Source: Eledone cirrhosa
Taxonomy: Eukaryota
Direction: 5' to 3'
Assembly (NCBI GenBank): GCA_964016885.1
Contig: OZ024741.1
Span: forward strand, 147,560,001-147,624,000
Length of the DNA stretch: 64,000 bases
Part shown: positions 47,095-60,395 of the stretch, piece after piece
How positions within the stretch are numbered: position 1 is the first letter of the stretch
How the letters are laid out: each line of letters starts with the position of its first letter
Notes under the pieces: generated by a model
The model's input: the letters and a program-made list of their open reading frames with translations, nothing else
Databases searched by the model: none
What the model was told of the DNA's origin: nothing
Made by a program: the position numbers and the translations under genes

Positions 47095-50000
47095 GGCGAC
47101 CTACGTAGTAAATCGTATCATCGTGAGCTCCGCAAAGGTTTGTTATTTCCGTTTGTTAAAAATTGCCATTTATGGAAAATTTTATTGTTAACTGTTTATA
47201 AGCACACATACATTGTTTTCCGAAAAGGACACCCAAAAAGATTGGGGCCTTGTGCCCAAAATTTTAACTTTTATTATTATCCAAAAATTTCTTTGAAAAG
47301 AAATGGCTAATTCCCCTCTGCACGAAGCAGCTGAAAGCCTTCCTCACAAAATAACACCTCACACCGACACCACCATTGTAAATGTTACTACGTTTGCCAA
47401 CACAAAAAAAAATATAAGCAGTAACAATATTTTAAATTTGTCTCAGGCAGACATTCATTTCCCGCCATTACCAATGACTGCAGGTGTTAAAGCCTCCACC
47501 ACCACCGCGACAACAACCACCCCCACCACCACCGCGACAACAGAAACAAAAGAAGAAAAAAAAAAATTAACTCGTGATGTCGAAATGAAATCAAGCAAAA
47601 TGGACTCTTCCGCACCAAAGACGACTGACGTCACCACAACCACAACTGAAACTAAAATTAAGATTAACACAAATAACGATAGCAACAACAACAACAATGA
47701 CATTAGAAAACCGACCCTCAGTTTCGCCATCGTAGCAAAACAATTCGAAGCGTTCACGGTAACTCAAGAGGATTTAGAAAATGCCAAACAAATGGTAAAG
47801 AAAGATGGGTACAGGGTCAGCCCCCCCCCCCCACCCCACCCCACCTAATAAAATGGAGCATCGGCGCCTATGCACCGTGTCGTATAGAACAATAAATGTA
47901 AAATCGCGCCGAGTGGAACGGGCATCCGAGTCCCAAATCCATAAAGCTTTGGGACATGTGTGGGCAAGAAAAACCCACATCAGACGTGGGCAAAAGTATG
48001 GAACCGTGGATGTCTTCTTTGAAACACCAGAGGAGGCTAGAGAACACTCCATGGCCCCATTAAAAAGTGACGACTTCACACTCGTCCCAAGCTATTGTGG
48101 CCAGAGACTCGTAAAGATCAGGGTGACCCACGTTCCACCGGCCAGCGAAATTCCCTGGCTAATAGCGGCTGTCCTCGCCGGCATCGAAGCCAACACGAAA
48201 ATAATAGCAATAGCAAAAGAAAAGCAGGAAAACTGGTCCGGATCTGGGATGGAGCTCCTGATCCAAGCGGACCAAAAAAGCATTGAGGAGATCCCAGAGG
48301 TAATAGACCTCACTGACGGCAGCCACCTCACGGTAATTGTCGAGGGCAGAAGACCTAGGTGTGTCGTTTGTGGTGAAGGAACCCACCTAAGGGCTTTCTG
48401 CCCTGAGGCTAAAAGGTTGAGGCCACCTCTCCTACCCACCCCAGTGACACAACCATCAACACCACCAGTAGCAGAGATGGCAGCAACAACTGTAGCAGCA
48501 ACAACAGAAGCAACTATAACAGCAACAACCCCAGCAACAGTAGCAAAACCAACACCACTACCACCACCAGCAAAACCAACACCACCACCACCCAACGCTT
48601 CAGAACTAGCACCAGCGCCTACACCATCCACCACACCACAACCAAAACTAACGGCTGTGGAGGATTTTCCACTCCCCGGCCTATCACAACTGGAGACAGA
48701 TTGTGACGACGAGGAGTGGGAAACGATATCCGGAAAAAAAAAAGAAACCAAAAAAGAAAAAATTCTCTTCCTTCCCCCTCCAAAAACAAAATACAGAGGG
48801 AAACAAATAAACTAAGAAACAAAAAAGTTAGGACAGATATGCCACCATCCACACCAGCATCACCAACCCCATCAACCCAAACACCAACACCATCACCATC
48901 ATTAACTCCAACACCACCATCACCTACACCACAAAAGTCACCAAAATGCGAAACAGAAACAAACCCACAACAAACGCAAACAAAACAAAACAACCAAAAC
49001 GATACACACTACACAGCATTAAATTTGAACAACAAGCAATTATTACACTACATCCAACACAACACCAGCATCACAGAAAAAGACTACACAACAACCCCAA
49101 AATTCACACCACCTCCACACATACAAATCACTCGCATCACACAGAAAACGTACATGACACTAAAACAAAAATTCCCCAAAGACATCGGAGACTTCCGACA
49201 AGCACTCTCCAGGAGGATTTATAAGGACATCCTTCCTGAGGAGGCCACAAGCAGTGAAAAGGATGGAAAAACCGTCCTTCCCCTACGAGAAGTAAGGTAA
49301 GTGGTCTTTCCCATCTTTTCCACTCCTTTTCAACATGACCTCACTCAGAATAGGCAGCATAAATGCGCGTGGCTTGGGGTCGTCATGGAAGCAGGGCCAC
49401 CTGCTCAACGACCTCAGGTCACTAAACATAGATGTAGTGGCCATCAGCGAGACCAGAATCTCCGAAGCACAGGCTTTCGCACCGATCTTCGGCGGCTACG
49501 ATGTGTACGCATCTCCCAGCCGTCCGGGATCGGGGGAGGAGTTGCTGTGCTTTTTCGGAGAGGTTTGGTTCTTGCCATACGGGTCATCTTCCTGGACCCA
49601 GAAGGTAAGTTGGTGGTGCTGGACGTGACCAGCGGAGACGGGCAAGCTTTCAGGTTAGTGGCCGTCTATGCCCCGACAGGAGCAGGGCGGCCTGATTTCT
49701 TCCGGCGTCTGGAGACCTTTCTTGGAACGTCCCGCTCTTTACTGTTAGTGGGCGACTGGAACGGGATCTTAGATGCACGCTGGGATTGTGTGAGATTAGT
49801 GGATAGGGAAGGAGGGTGCAAGAGTCTCACCAAACTGCTCAGACGTTTTGAACTGTCTGACAGGTACCGAATGGATTTCCCGAATGTACCAATGTGGACT
49901 TGGACAAATCGTATAGGGTCATCCAGATCATATCTAGATAGAGTATTTTGTAGGGAAATAGATAGGTCTAGCATAGGCTGTCCACAATTCAAGATAGTCA

Positions 50001-50654
50001 GCTACACGGACCACAAATTCGTGATCTGTGTGCTTGACTTAGATAGGCTTCATAGGCGAGGACCCGGCTACTGGAAGCTAAACGCGTCCTTACCAGCGCG
50101 CAAGGCCTACAGAGACCGGATTAGCGAACTAGTTAAGCGGGCGTTGACGGGGGCCATCGTCAACAACAAGTGGTGGTTTGCTCTGAAAAGAGCAATTAGA
50201 ATAGAGTCCATTAGGTTTAGTAAGACTTTAGCAATAGAGAAAAATAGAGCAGAAGGAGAACTAGTTAGAAAATTAGATGACGCGCTTAGCAAAGGCATCG
50301 CGACCGACGTACTTGCGGCGAAATTGGCCCTTGACCAATTCTTCAATGCAAAGCACGAAGGCTGCGTTGTCAGAGCTATGGTGCGTGCTCTCAGACACGA
50401 GGGGACGAAAGCCGTTCAATGGGCCCGAGTGGCGGAGGCGCGTCGTGGCAACAAAGCCACGATCCGGTCTTTGGTGGACCACGACGGGCGCATGCTACTC
50501 GATCCCGGGCAAATGTGTGAAGCTTTTCAGCGACACTTCGCTCAACTGTTCGGGGGCAGTGGCGGGCCGGATCGAGGGATGGACTTTAGTGTCTACCTCG
50601 ACGGACTGCCGCGGCTTTCGGCCACTGAGGCGGAGTGTTGCGAAAAGCCGATAG

Positions 50655-50657
<3 letters not shown>
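47095..50657 (+). mobile_element. Tx1-clade LINE copy D: 5' UTR, ORF1 (47303-49300, two homopolymer frameshifts), ORF2 endonuclease/linker (49335-50657); RT absent
   Basis: VEGRRPRCVVCGEGTHLRAFCP knuckle; MTSLRIGSINARGLG, ISETR, GDWN, SRSYLDR, YTDH, GPGYWKLN; (ATT)n on both sides. Confidence 0.93.
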
Positions 50658-50687
<30 letters not shown>

Positions 50688-50906
50688 TTTATTTTAAATT
50701 TTGCCGTCTTGTATCGCTGTCAACTTAATAATATTTTTTATTTTTTATTTTCTTAATCCTTATTTTTTATTTGCTTATTTGTATGTGACGGCCTACTATG
50801 ATTATTTATTCTTATTTGTGTGTGCATATGTATCCTTTTATATGTGAGTACGTATGCATGTGTGTATATATGTGTGTATGTATGTGTGTGTGTATGTATG
50901 TATGTG

Positions 50907-50980
<74 letters not shown>

Positions 50981-51214
50981 CATGTATATATATATGTGTA
51001 TATAAATATATATCTCCCTTATATATCATCTTCTTCCAACAGTTTAATTTAAATAAACCGTTATCTTTTCAACTTTTCGGACACCCATTTGCATACTCAC
51101 TCATAACTTTGTATTACCCTCAATAAAATATTATCTCCACTATCCAGGAAGCTCCAACCATTAAGGTTGTCTTTTTTTCCGGGTATGTCAATATTTATTT
51201 ATAAAACAAATCTG

Positions 51215-51280
51215 TATTTTATCTGATGAAAACGCACCATAATTTGCCTTGGTTGCCCTTGAAATATATATAATAAAATA
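51215..51280 (+). ncRNA. Type I hammerhead ribozyme (same family as 43.9 kb, non-palindromic copy)
   Basis: UAUUUUAU CUGAUGA [imperfect stem II] GAAA UAUAU AUA^ AUAAAAUA; flanks match 44056-44167. Confidence 0.7.
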
Positions 51281-51349
51281 AATATGTTTATAAATATAGT
51301 TTCCATTTATTAATATATTGTATATATATGTGTTGGTGTGTTTATGTAT

Positions 51350-51456
<107 letters not shown>

Positions 51457-51615
51457 CGTGTGTGTGTGTACGCGTGTGTGTGTGTGTACGCGTGTGTTGT
51501 TATATATTCTTATTTATTATTCTCTCCCCCCCCCCTCTTTTTCCTCCAGCCTCACTTTCATATCTGTTATATTTTTTGTTTTTCAAATCCACTGTCAATA
51601 AAGACACCAGGATTT

Positions 51616-51675
51616 TTTCATTCTGATGAATGAAAGCAATTTTGGTTGCTTTCAAGAAACCACTGGTAAATGAAA
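51616..51675 (+). ncRNA. Type I hammerhead ribozyme
   Basis: UUUCAUU CUGAUGA A UGAAAGCAA UUUUGG UUGCUUUCA A GAAA CCACUG GUA^ AAUGAAA: 7-bp stem I, 9-bp stem II. Confidence 0.8.
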
Positions 51676-51903
51676 TAATTATCTTATGTTGTTTATTACA
51701 TAACTAATAAGCTCTGTAACTTACATAGAGCACTCTTTTTTCCTGGACCTTTCCGACGGAATTACTTCATCTATTATATATATATATATATAGCTTTCTC
51801 CTGTTTACTCCTGTTATATATATATATAGGTATTGAAGTTTCCGTTGGAATTGAAAAAGTCATAGGAGTGAAGAGTGCTCTATGTAAGTTACAGAGCTAA
51901 ATT

Positions 51904-52077
51904 TAATGTATAATAAACAATACAATGTAATTACCTCATGGTTTCCCGAATAAGACGAATACGAAAGAAACGTCCTCATTGCCTTGTCCGACGAACGAAT
52001 GAGGACGTTTCTTTCGTATTCGTCTTATTCGGGAAACCTCTGGTAATGAGGTAATTACATTGTATTGTTTATTATAC

Positions 52078-52081
<4 letters not shown>
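51904..52081. mobile_element. Palindromic mini-element with variant hammerhead (51978-52055, +)
   Basis: 51904-51980 is inverse of 51998-52081; AUUGCCUUGU CCGACGA A[stem]G GAAA CCUCUG GUA^ AUGAGGUAAU with a 10-bp stem I; a second inverted pair lies at 51710-51770 / 51835-51898. Confidence 0.75.
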
Positions 52082-52138
<57 letters not shown>

Positions 52139-52142
<4 letters not shown>

Positions 52143-52279
52143 AAAAAGAGATGAAATCGAAAATGCAACTGAAGTCTTATTTTTTTTTAAAATATATATA
52201 TTTATTTGGTTCCTTTTCTTTATACTTCCACTCGTGTAGGACACCTCGGTTATTTTTCATTTTGTAAAAAAAACTTCAC

Positions 52280-52285
<6 letters not shown>
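52139..52285 (+). mobile_element. Deletion derivative of the 20981-21313 element
   Basis: Same start (GATGAAATC.AAAATGCAACTG.AGTCTT) and same tail (CACTCGTGTAGGACACCTCGGTTATT..CACTTTCTAA); hairpin missing. Confidence 0.85.
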
Positions 52286-52343
<58 letters not shown>

Positions 52344-52564
52344 AAAAAACATGAGAAGAAAGAAGAATACTGTGTGGTTGCACATGGGTTACATATGATA
52401 AAATTAGTCCCTCGTCAGTGATTTGCCAACCATCATTGATATATCATCGCATTAAAAATCATATACCTCAGGTTGGTGCGAGCAATAACTAAAAAAAGCT
52501 ATTGGGACAAGTAAATCGCGTAAAGCGAGTGAGACAAGTAAACAACATAGAAGGATAAAAGCAA

Positions 52565-52615
<51 letters not shown>

Positions 52616-53724
52616 CAGAAAAGGTTGTTTTGGTAAAACAGGAGTAAGCAGGAGAAAGCTCTCAACAAAATAACAAAATAAGATGCTCAGGTTATATATA
52701 TCGTTTAATCATTATAATTATTTCCACGGTTCTTCATGCAATCGAAATGCCCTCTATGCATTTGCTGTTGATTATGAGAACGGTATCCTCAGATGAATAA
52801 CCGATATTTTTGATATGTCGCTGGCGGGGAAAAACACACGTCCTATTGCTTGTTTGCCCAGCAGACATATGAGTTCCTTGAAGGATTTGCCAGCTGTCGT
52901 ATTTGCTAAAAAAAGCTATCAACGGAAAAAACGAAAAAAACTGTGTAGCCAAAGACCAGAAGACAGTGGAAGCAATAAATATAGCTCTGAGGGTCGGTGG
53001 GGTATATATTTTGTTGACAACCACCTATAAACAACAACAACAACGACAATAACAACAACGACACCAACGACAACAACAATAACAGCAAACCGCCGACCCA
53101 TATCGTCCACACTGGCCGCATCAATCGTAGTGATATTACTACCCTACTGACAACAACAACGAAAGCAACAGCTACAGTAAACAGTTTCAACAACAACAAC
53201 AGCAAAAACACAGACCAGCGTCGTGTACACCGCCGTAGCAGTCTTAGTGACGGTATCACTCCGCCGACAATAACAACGATAACACCAAAGCAATAAAAGG
53301 AGTTCCGAGGTAGGTGGGTTCACAGAATTGGTGACATCAATCACCATGACTATATATAGCAACAACAACAACAATAATTGTTTCTACTTTTGACACAAGG
53401 CCAGCAATAACTCAGTGTATTACTGGTACTTTATTTTATCGACCCCGTAAGGATGAAAGGCAAAGTTAACCTCGGCGGGATTTGAACTCAGAATGGCAAG
53501 GGCCGTAACTCTATGCGTCAAAGCATGGTGTCCGACCCTCTACCGATACTGCCAATCCACCGCCCTAACCGAAATAACAACAACAATAATAATGATTTCT
53601 TTATTTATTTATTATTTATTCATTTATTCATTTATTTATTTTTTTTTTTTTTTTTAAATATTTATTTATTTATTCATTTATTTATTTATTCTTTATTATT
53701 TATTTATTTATTTTCTTTATTCAT

Positions 53725-53763
<39 letters not shown>

Positions 53764-54959
53764 TTATTTTTTATTTATTTATTTATTTTTTATTTATTAT
53801 TTATTCAACAATAATAATGACAACAAACATTAACACCGCCCATCACCTACCCCGTTCGTCGTTGTAGTGGTGGTATCATTGATACTAGTATCAAGCCAAT
53901 GGCAGTGAGCACCCAATTACCCGGGAGCTAGACAGTGATAACACCAACAACAATAACAACAACAATAGTGATGAGCCCACCACGGTGACGGCGGCAACAA
54001 GAAACCGCCACGCTTCCATGAAAAATAAACCAACCACAATAGTAGTCCGTTGAAACAAGGAAGCGAAAAAAAGGGACAGAAATATAGATGGGTATTTATA
54101 TATATAAACAAATACATGCATAGTTAATACAGTCCTCTCTATCATGGAGAATCGGGGAAATAATTATAATTGTTTCTACTTTTGGCACAAGGCCAGCAAT
54201 TAACAAGTGCATTACTGGTACTTTATTTTATCGACCCCGTAAGGATGAAAGGCAAAGTTAACCTCGGCGGGGTTTGAACTCAGAACGTAAAGGAGCATAA
54301 CTCAATGCTGCAAAGCTTGGTGTCTGACACTCTACCGATACTGCCAATCCAAACATTAATGATTGTTTCTACTTTTGGCACAAGGCCAGCAATTATCTCA
54401 GTGTATTACTGGTACTTTATTTTATCGATCCCGTAAGGATGAAAGGCAAAGTTAACCTCGGTGGAATTTGACTCAGACCATAAAGGGCCGTAACTCTTTG
54501 CTGCAAAGTATGGTGTCCGACCCTCTACCCATACTGCCAATCCACCAAAAAGGCCAACAATTACCAGTGCATTATGGTACTTTATTTTATCGACCCCGTA
54601 AGGATGAAAGGCAAAGTAAACCTCGGCGGGGTTTGACTGTAACAAGATGTGTTCGGGTAATTAACACATTAATTAATCAGCGGATATATTGTAATGGATG
54701 TTTTGATTGAACAATTGTAATTAAAGAAGGGAATGGAAAATAATGAAACAAAAGCGAAAAAAATGTTTGACTGTAAATATAAAATACATTTGCGGAAGAA
54801 ATAATACTTGTAAAAAAAAGTTTGTTATTGACCGCTAATAGCACAATATAACATTGGTGATAATTAAGAGTTTTCATTGTTTTCAACTAATCCTACCTCC
54901 GACATGCTTGCAATCGACATTTTCAAAAAAAATTATGAAACATTTACAGAACTTGAGTA

Positions 54960-55230
54960 CATACAATGTTTTTAACTTTGGGGCATATATGGGGGCTTCC
55001 TACTCTGAACAACCTACATGCAATTGACCCACAACCTGATCTTCGGACTTGTTAATGATCATTGCGTAACTGACTCTTACAGGGAACTGAAAGGGGACAT
55101 CCGTTGGTACTAGTGGTATTCTAGATATAAATACGATGTCTCCTTTACCACATCCAATGAGAATTTTGGCTTCGATAACGTGAGGCTGTAGTTCAATCAC
55201 AACCGTACGCATCCCGTTGTGTGGCGGCAA
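54960..55230 (-). pseudogene. Second Helitron PIF1-helicase C-terminal remnant
   Basis: PPH/NG.R..V.ELQPHVIEAKILIG.GKGDIVFISRIPLVPTDVPFQF/PVRVSYAMIINKS..GQLHVGCS. Confidence 0.8.
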
Positions 55231-56610
55231 AGCCGAAGCCTGGTGAAACAGAAGAAAATTTCTAGCTAGTAAAAAGGCGAACTAAAAGCAAAATTCTGTT
55301 TCTTCTTAAGGAATTGAACTCTAAACTTTAACTGCTATTTAAAATTATATAATGAGCAGTTGTACCACTCAAACGCCGTGTCTGCTCCGATTTTCAAACG
55401 TACTTTAAAAGTGATATTCATCTTTGAAATCTTTATGGTCTTACCTGCTTTACACTTACGCACGGATTTCATTAAATACCTATATTATATCCGTCGACTT
55501 CGTTTATTTTATGAATTATCGAAGACTACTTTCAATATTATTTATATATTTTCGTATTTTCTTCTAGAAATAATTTATATATATGTGTGTGAGAGAGAGA
55601 GAGATAGTGTGTGTGTGTATATCTATACACTTACACTTCACACATATACATATGTATATATATATGCTAGAGTAATACTCGATCACATGTAAAAGTCGGC
55701 CGCATATTTTTGCCCCATAAATCTGGAATCTTCCATAGACCTCGAATAAAAGTCGACTCTAGTATTTCACGGATAACAGGTCAATATTTGAGGGTCAATG
55801 TATCATCTTGTAGGGTTGGTATAATATATAAAGTCCCATGAAGTGACGACAGAGAATGGAAAGCGTTATATATCGGTGGGTTGGCAGTATCGGTAGAGTA
55901 TCAGACACCATGCTTTGTAACATAGACACCATGCTTTGTAACATTTTGAATTCAAATCGCTGAGGTTAACTTAGCCTTTCATTCTTACGGGGTCGATAAA
56001 ATAGAGCACCAGTAATACACTAGGGTAATTACTGGCCTTGTGCCAAAAATAGAAACAATTATTAGATTCGCCAGCTGCTGTATCAATATGAATCACTGAC
56101 AATAAATTTTCACTGGAGATAGATTAACAAAATTTAATAAGCAGGGGTGAAGTGGAAAAAATCTGAAAAATTAACCTGAGAGTATTTGAAATAAGACAAT
56201 ATACAACACACACATAAATCAACAGCTATACACATAAACACATAAGGAAACACAATCACTCTATCTTCCAACACTCAATCAGACACCTACATGAATCAGT
56301 AACTACACACATAAAGAAACATAGGTCCTTCTCATTCACTCTCTCTCTCTCTCACACACACCTACACACACAACAAACATTTTAAAACCATTTTACCGTC
56401 CTATTCATCATGGAGTTCTTTTTGAGGCAAAGTTTTATGGTCAGATGCCCTTCCTGGAACCAACTATTTCAATCACCTTATATGTCAGGCAACAATAGGG
56501 TGTACCCATTCTAATTAGATACACACAGAATATATGTACACATATATACACACAGAACATGTGTATGCATATATACACACAGAATATATATATACACACA
56601 CATATACAGT

Positions 56611-58235
56611 GGAGGCACGTGGCCTAGTGGTAAGGGTGTTGGACTTACGATCATCCAAACACTTTGGAACTTCTGGAACTCTCACAGTCTTATCTGGCCC
56701 TTGCAATTTGGATTTATCCCCAACTCCAGCTGCTGTGATCAACTTATCAAATTTGTTGAAGACATTACCCAGATCACTGATGGCGGCTCATGGGTGGATG
56801 TTGTTTACCTTGACTTTGCGAAAGCTTTCAATTCTGTGCCACACAAAAGGCTTATGGCAAAACTCTCTGCAGTGGGTGTGAAGGATGATCTTTTTAACTG
56901 GTTGAAGTCCTTCATTCTCAGTCGAAGAGAGGTAGTCACGGTTCTGGGACAGCATTCCTCACTGTATGAGATGTCATCTGGTGTACCACAGGGATCTGTT
57001 CTTGGCCCCCTTTTGTTTGTGGCATATATTAATGACATAGATGCCAACTTAAAGAGTGCCACAGTACTAAAGTACGCAGATGACATCAAGCTGTACCTTG
57101 AGATAAAAAGGACAAATCCTGAACACTATAGATCTTGCTTGCAGTCTGACCTGGACACAATGCACCAATGGATCTCAGACTGGCAACTCAAGCTAGCTGT
57201 GGACAAGTGCACCACCATGCATTTTGGGAGTAAAAACCCATCGTCCACATACTCTCTCCACAGCACTAATATCAAGCAGTCTGCTTGTGAACGTGACCTG
57301 GTCATTATGGTCAGCAGCGATTTGCGTTGGACGAAGCACGTCTCTAAAATTGTCAAGAAGGCCGAGGGTTTCTTAGCATCACTCAACAAGACCTTTGTCA
57401 GCCGCTCTCCATCTATCTATTTAAGGCTGTACATGGCTATGGTGCGGCCACACTTAGAATTTGCATCACCAGTCTGGAACCCCTATCTTATTCGGAACAT
57501 TGACTGCCTGGAAAATGTTCAGAGACGTGCAACCAAGCGAATACCCTCCATCAGGGATCTACCATACTCTGAACGCCTTGCTTCCCTGGGTATGGATACA
57601 TTGAAGCTCCGACGCCTGGCAACTGACTTGGTAAACACCCACAAAATTGTTAACCATCTTGCCAACAACAACCCTGAGTACCTTTTTGATTTCCATGTGT
57701 CTAACACACGTTGGCATGCCCACAAAGTCAGAAAACAGCACAGTTCCCATGACTTTTGGAAACATTTTTTCACGCTGAGAGTTGCTGAAGCATGGAACAA
57801 ACTACCTGCATCAGTTGTTAGCTGTTAAGACACTGCATTCTTTAAAACCCTCATGCTTCCCGAGATTCGCCAACACTACACCTAATACACACGCACACAT
57901 GTATATCATGACTCATACACTATTCACTTCCCTGACATTTGTATATTATTCTATGTACTATACATGCACCTTTGACGAGTTGTAGTGCACCTGAGCACTG
58001 TACACAATAATTTCATTATATTATTATAATGTCATGGGTTCGATTCCTGGGTTGCGTATTGTGTTTTTGAGCAAAACACTTCGTTTCATGTTGTGCCAGT
58101 ATACTCAGCTGAAAGTGAGTACCAGCATTAGCTGGAGGTTTAACCCTGCGATGGACTCTCAGTTGCTTCATGCCATGAAACTAGGATAAACACCAGCCAA
58201 ATGAGCCTTCTGGCTTAGGACAGACTTTAGACCTT
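56611..58235 (+). mobile_element. tRNA/CORE-like SINE split by a CR1 insertion (head 56611-56654, remainder from approx. 58029)
   Basis: GGAGGCACGTGGCCTAGTGGTAAGGGTGTTGGACTTACGATCAT then, after CR1, GTCATGGGTTCGATTCC..TTGAGCAAAACACTT. Confidence 0.75.
56655..58028 (+). mobile_element. CR1-clade LINE, 5'-truncated, RT frame open (56701-57828)
   Basis: QFGF, VDVVYLDFAKAFNSVPH, SGVPQGSVLGPLLF, YADD, VRPHLEFASPVWNP, LENVQRRATK, FFTLRVAEAWNKLP; (ATT)n tail. Confidence 0.95.
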
Positions 58236-58687
58236 TAGACACATATACACATATATACATATATACACATGTATATATATACACATGTATATATATACAC
58301 ATATATTCACACAGAACACATATAGACACATACATATGCACAAAATACATGAATACATAAATATTTATTGAAAATGTCTCTGGTGTTGATCATCATCTTA
58401 ACTCTGATCATTTTGACCATGTTTATGAAGGTAAATATTATTATTATTATGGCCAAATGTGTTGAAGTGCACACATTTCAAATTTTATGAGTGTGTGTGA
58501 GTGTATAATATTTTCTCTTACAACCCCAGCCAACAACAGAATAATAGTAAAATAGTTAAGAAATACAATCAACACAAACCAACCATGACCTACCACACAA
58601 ACACAATTACTCAACAACAATACCATAACGTTTAACACAATAAAACTGTCTACCACAAACAAAATCATACATCAAATATTTCATGCC

Positions 58688-59352
58688 TAAACCTTTAGCA
58701 TTTACATTACTCTATATTTACTATTATATTTTCATGGGAAAGGATTTACCTCACATAATTATCTCACATAATATCGAATCTATGAGATTTTTATATTATT
58801 TATTTTGAAAACAATACCTTAACATCAGTATGAACTGCCAGTTACAGCCGGGTTGAACAGAAAGATGTGAGAAAATTCTAGCCGGATACAGCCAGGTTAA
58901 ATGCTAAAGATTAAACCAGCTATATCCATCCAGAATTCTCTTACCTCTTTCTGTTCAAACTGGCCTTAACTGGCCACACATACTGATAGATAACATCAAA
59001 ATATTGTAGATTTGATATTATATGAGTTAATTATATAGATAAAACCTTTACCACAAAAATACAATAGTATATATAGAGTAATGTAAAAGCTAAAGGGTTA
59101 ATCAATAAAACTTGAAGCTCATAACTAAGAAATGAATCTAATCCACATTTAAACTTTTAGCATTTAAACCAGCCAGAATTCCCTCACCTCTTTCTGTTCA
59201 AAGTAGCTGTAACCAGCCACCCATACTTATGTTAAATAAATAATATCAAAATCTTATAGATTTCATATTATGTGAAATAATTATGTGAGGTACAGCTTTA
59301 CCAAGAAAATATAATAGTAAATGTAGACTAATGTAAATGCTACAGGGTTAAA
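58688..59352. mobile_element. Cluster of three related TTAA-type MITEs (one inverted relative to the other two)
   Basis: Termini like TAAACCTTTAGCATTTA..TAAATGCTAAAG/GGGTTAA at approx. 58688-58914, 58914-59101 and 59149-59352. Confidence 0.7.
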
Positions 59353-60352
59353 CTGCTCAAAGAAAGACAATAACATGATAAATAATGAAACCAATCCACT
59401 ATACTGGTACTACAAGGGCAAACTTCACTAGGCTACAATCATCCTCAATATATGGTTTCCATATCATTTGTAGCTATCTGATATATTAACTACCAAACAA
59501 TAAAACACACACCCATCAAAACCCATGTAGCCCTTAAGTCACCATCCACCATGAAAATCAAAATCAAAATCAAACTATTTATGTCTTGTAACTTAGCAGT
59601 TCGCCAACAAGGTGATCAATAAAATGAATACTAGAGTTGAATAAAATAAGTACTGGGAGTTGATATGATTGTCTAAAAGAATTTTAGGGCTATAACCCCA
59701 GCCAGGCTTCAGTCTAATGATATGAAACAATAAAAGAATAAAAGGGTAAAATAATGAGATATCAACTCATATCAACAGATATCAACTCAAATAATGAGAT
59801 ATCAACTGTAGCAAGATTGATTGATATGTTTCAAATGATTCTCACATTGTTTCATTCTAGTTCTCAGCTCTTTTACTGGAATTCTCATTAGCAGTTGTTT
59901 TTGATCTTAGAATAATCAGCCATCAAAGATTTCTCCCAGAGTCTTGAAAGTCTTTAAGATGAGCAATCAATCAGTCAGCCTTCTCACACCAAAATAACAT
60001 AAAATTCTTATTTAAATCCTCTTTATCCAAGAAACATAAAACTTACATAAATGAAATCAAAACCAAAAGCATAATGGTTTTTTGAAGATTTTCATTTCAT
60101 TTTACTATACCTTCTTTTTCTTTTCTTTCAAATAAATTTTTAGCAAGAGAATTTTATATTTTGTTATATTCAGTCTCTTCTCTTGTATATCATACAAGTC
60201 TATTATTATTATTGTTGTGGTTGCGGTTGTTGTTATTTTTTGTTCCCGTCTGTATTATATCAGTACATTATCACTCGATTATTGAAGGAGGAATCTGAGA
60301 AACAGAGTGAAACAATTTGATAGAACTGTGTGTGTGTTGTACATTTATATAT

Positions 60353-60395
<43 letters not shown>

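Noticed and set aside
52734-53030. Non-repetitive ORF-like stretch
   Set aside because: No recognisable domain and no convincing splice acceptor; coding status unsupported
56611-56654. tRNA-like sequence (also at other SINE heads)
   Set aside because: A/B boxes only; no complete cloverleaf, and it continues into SINE body
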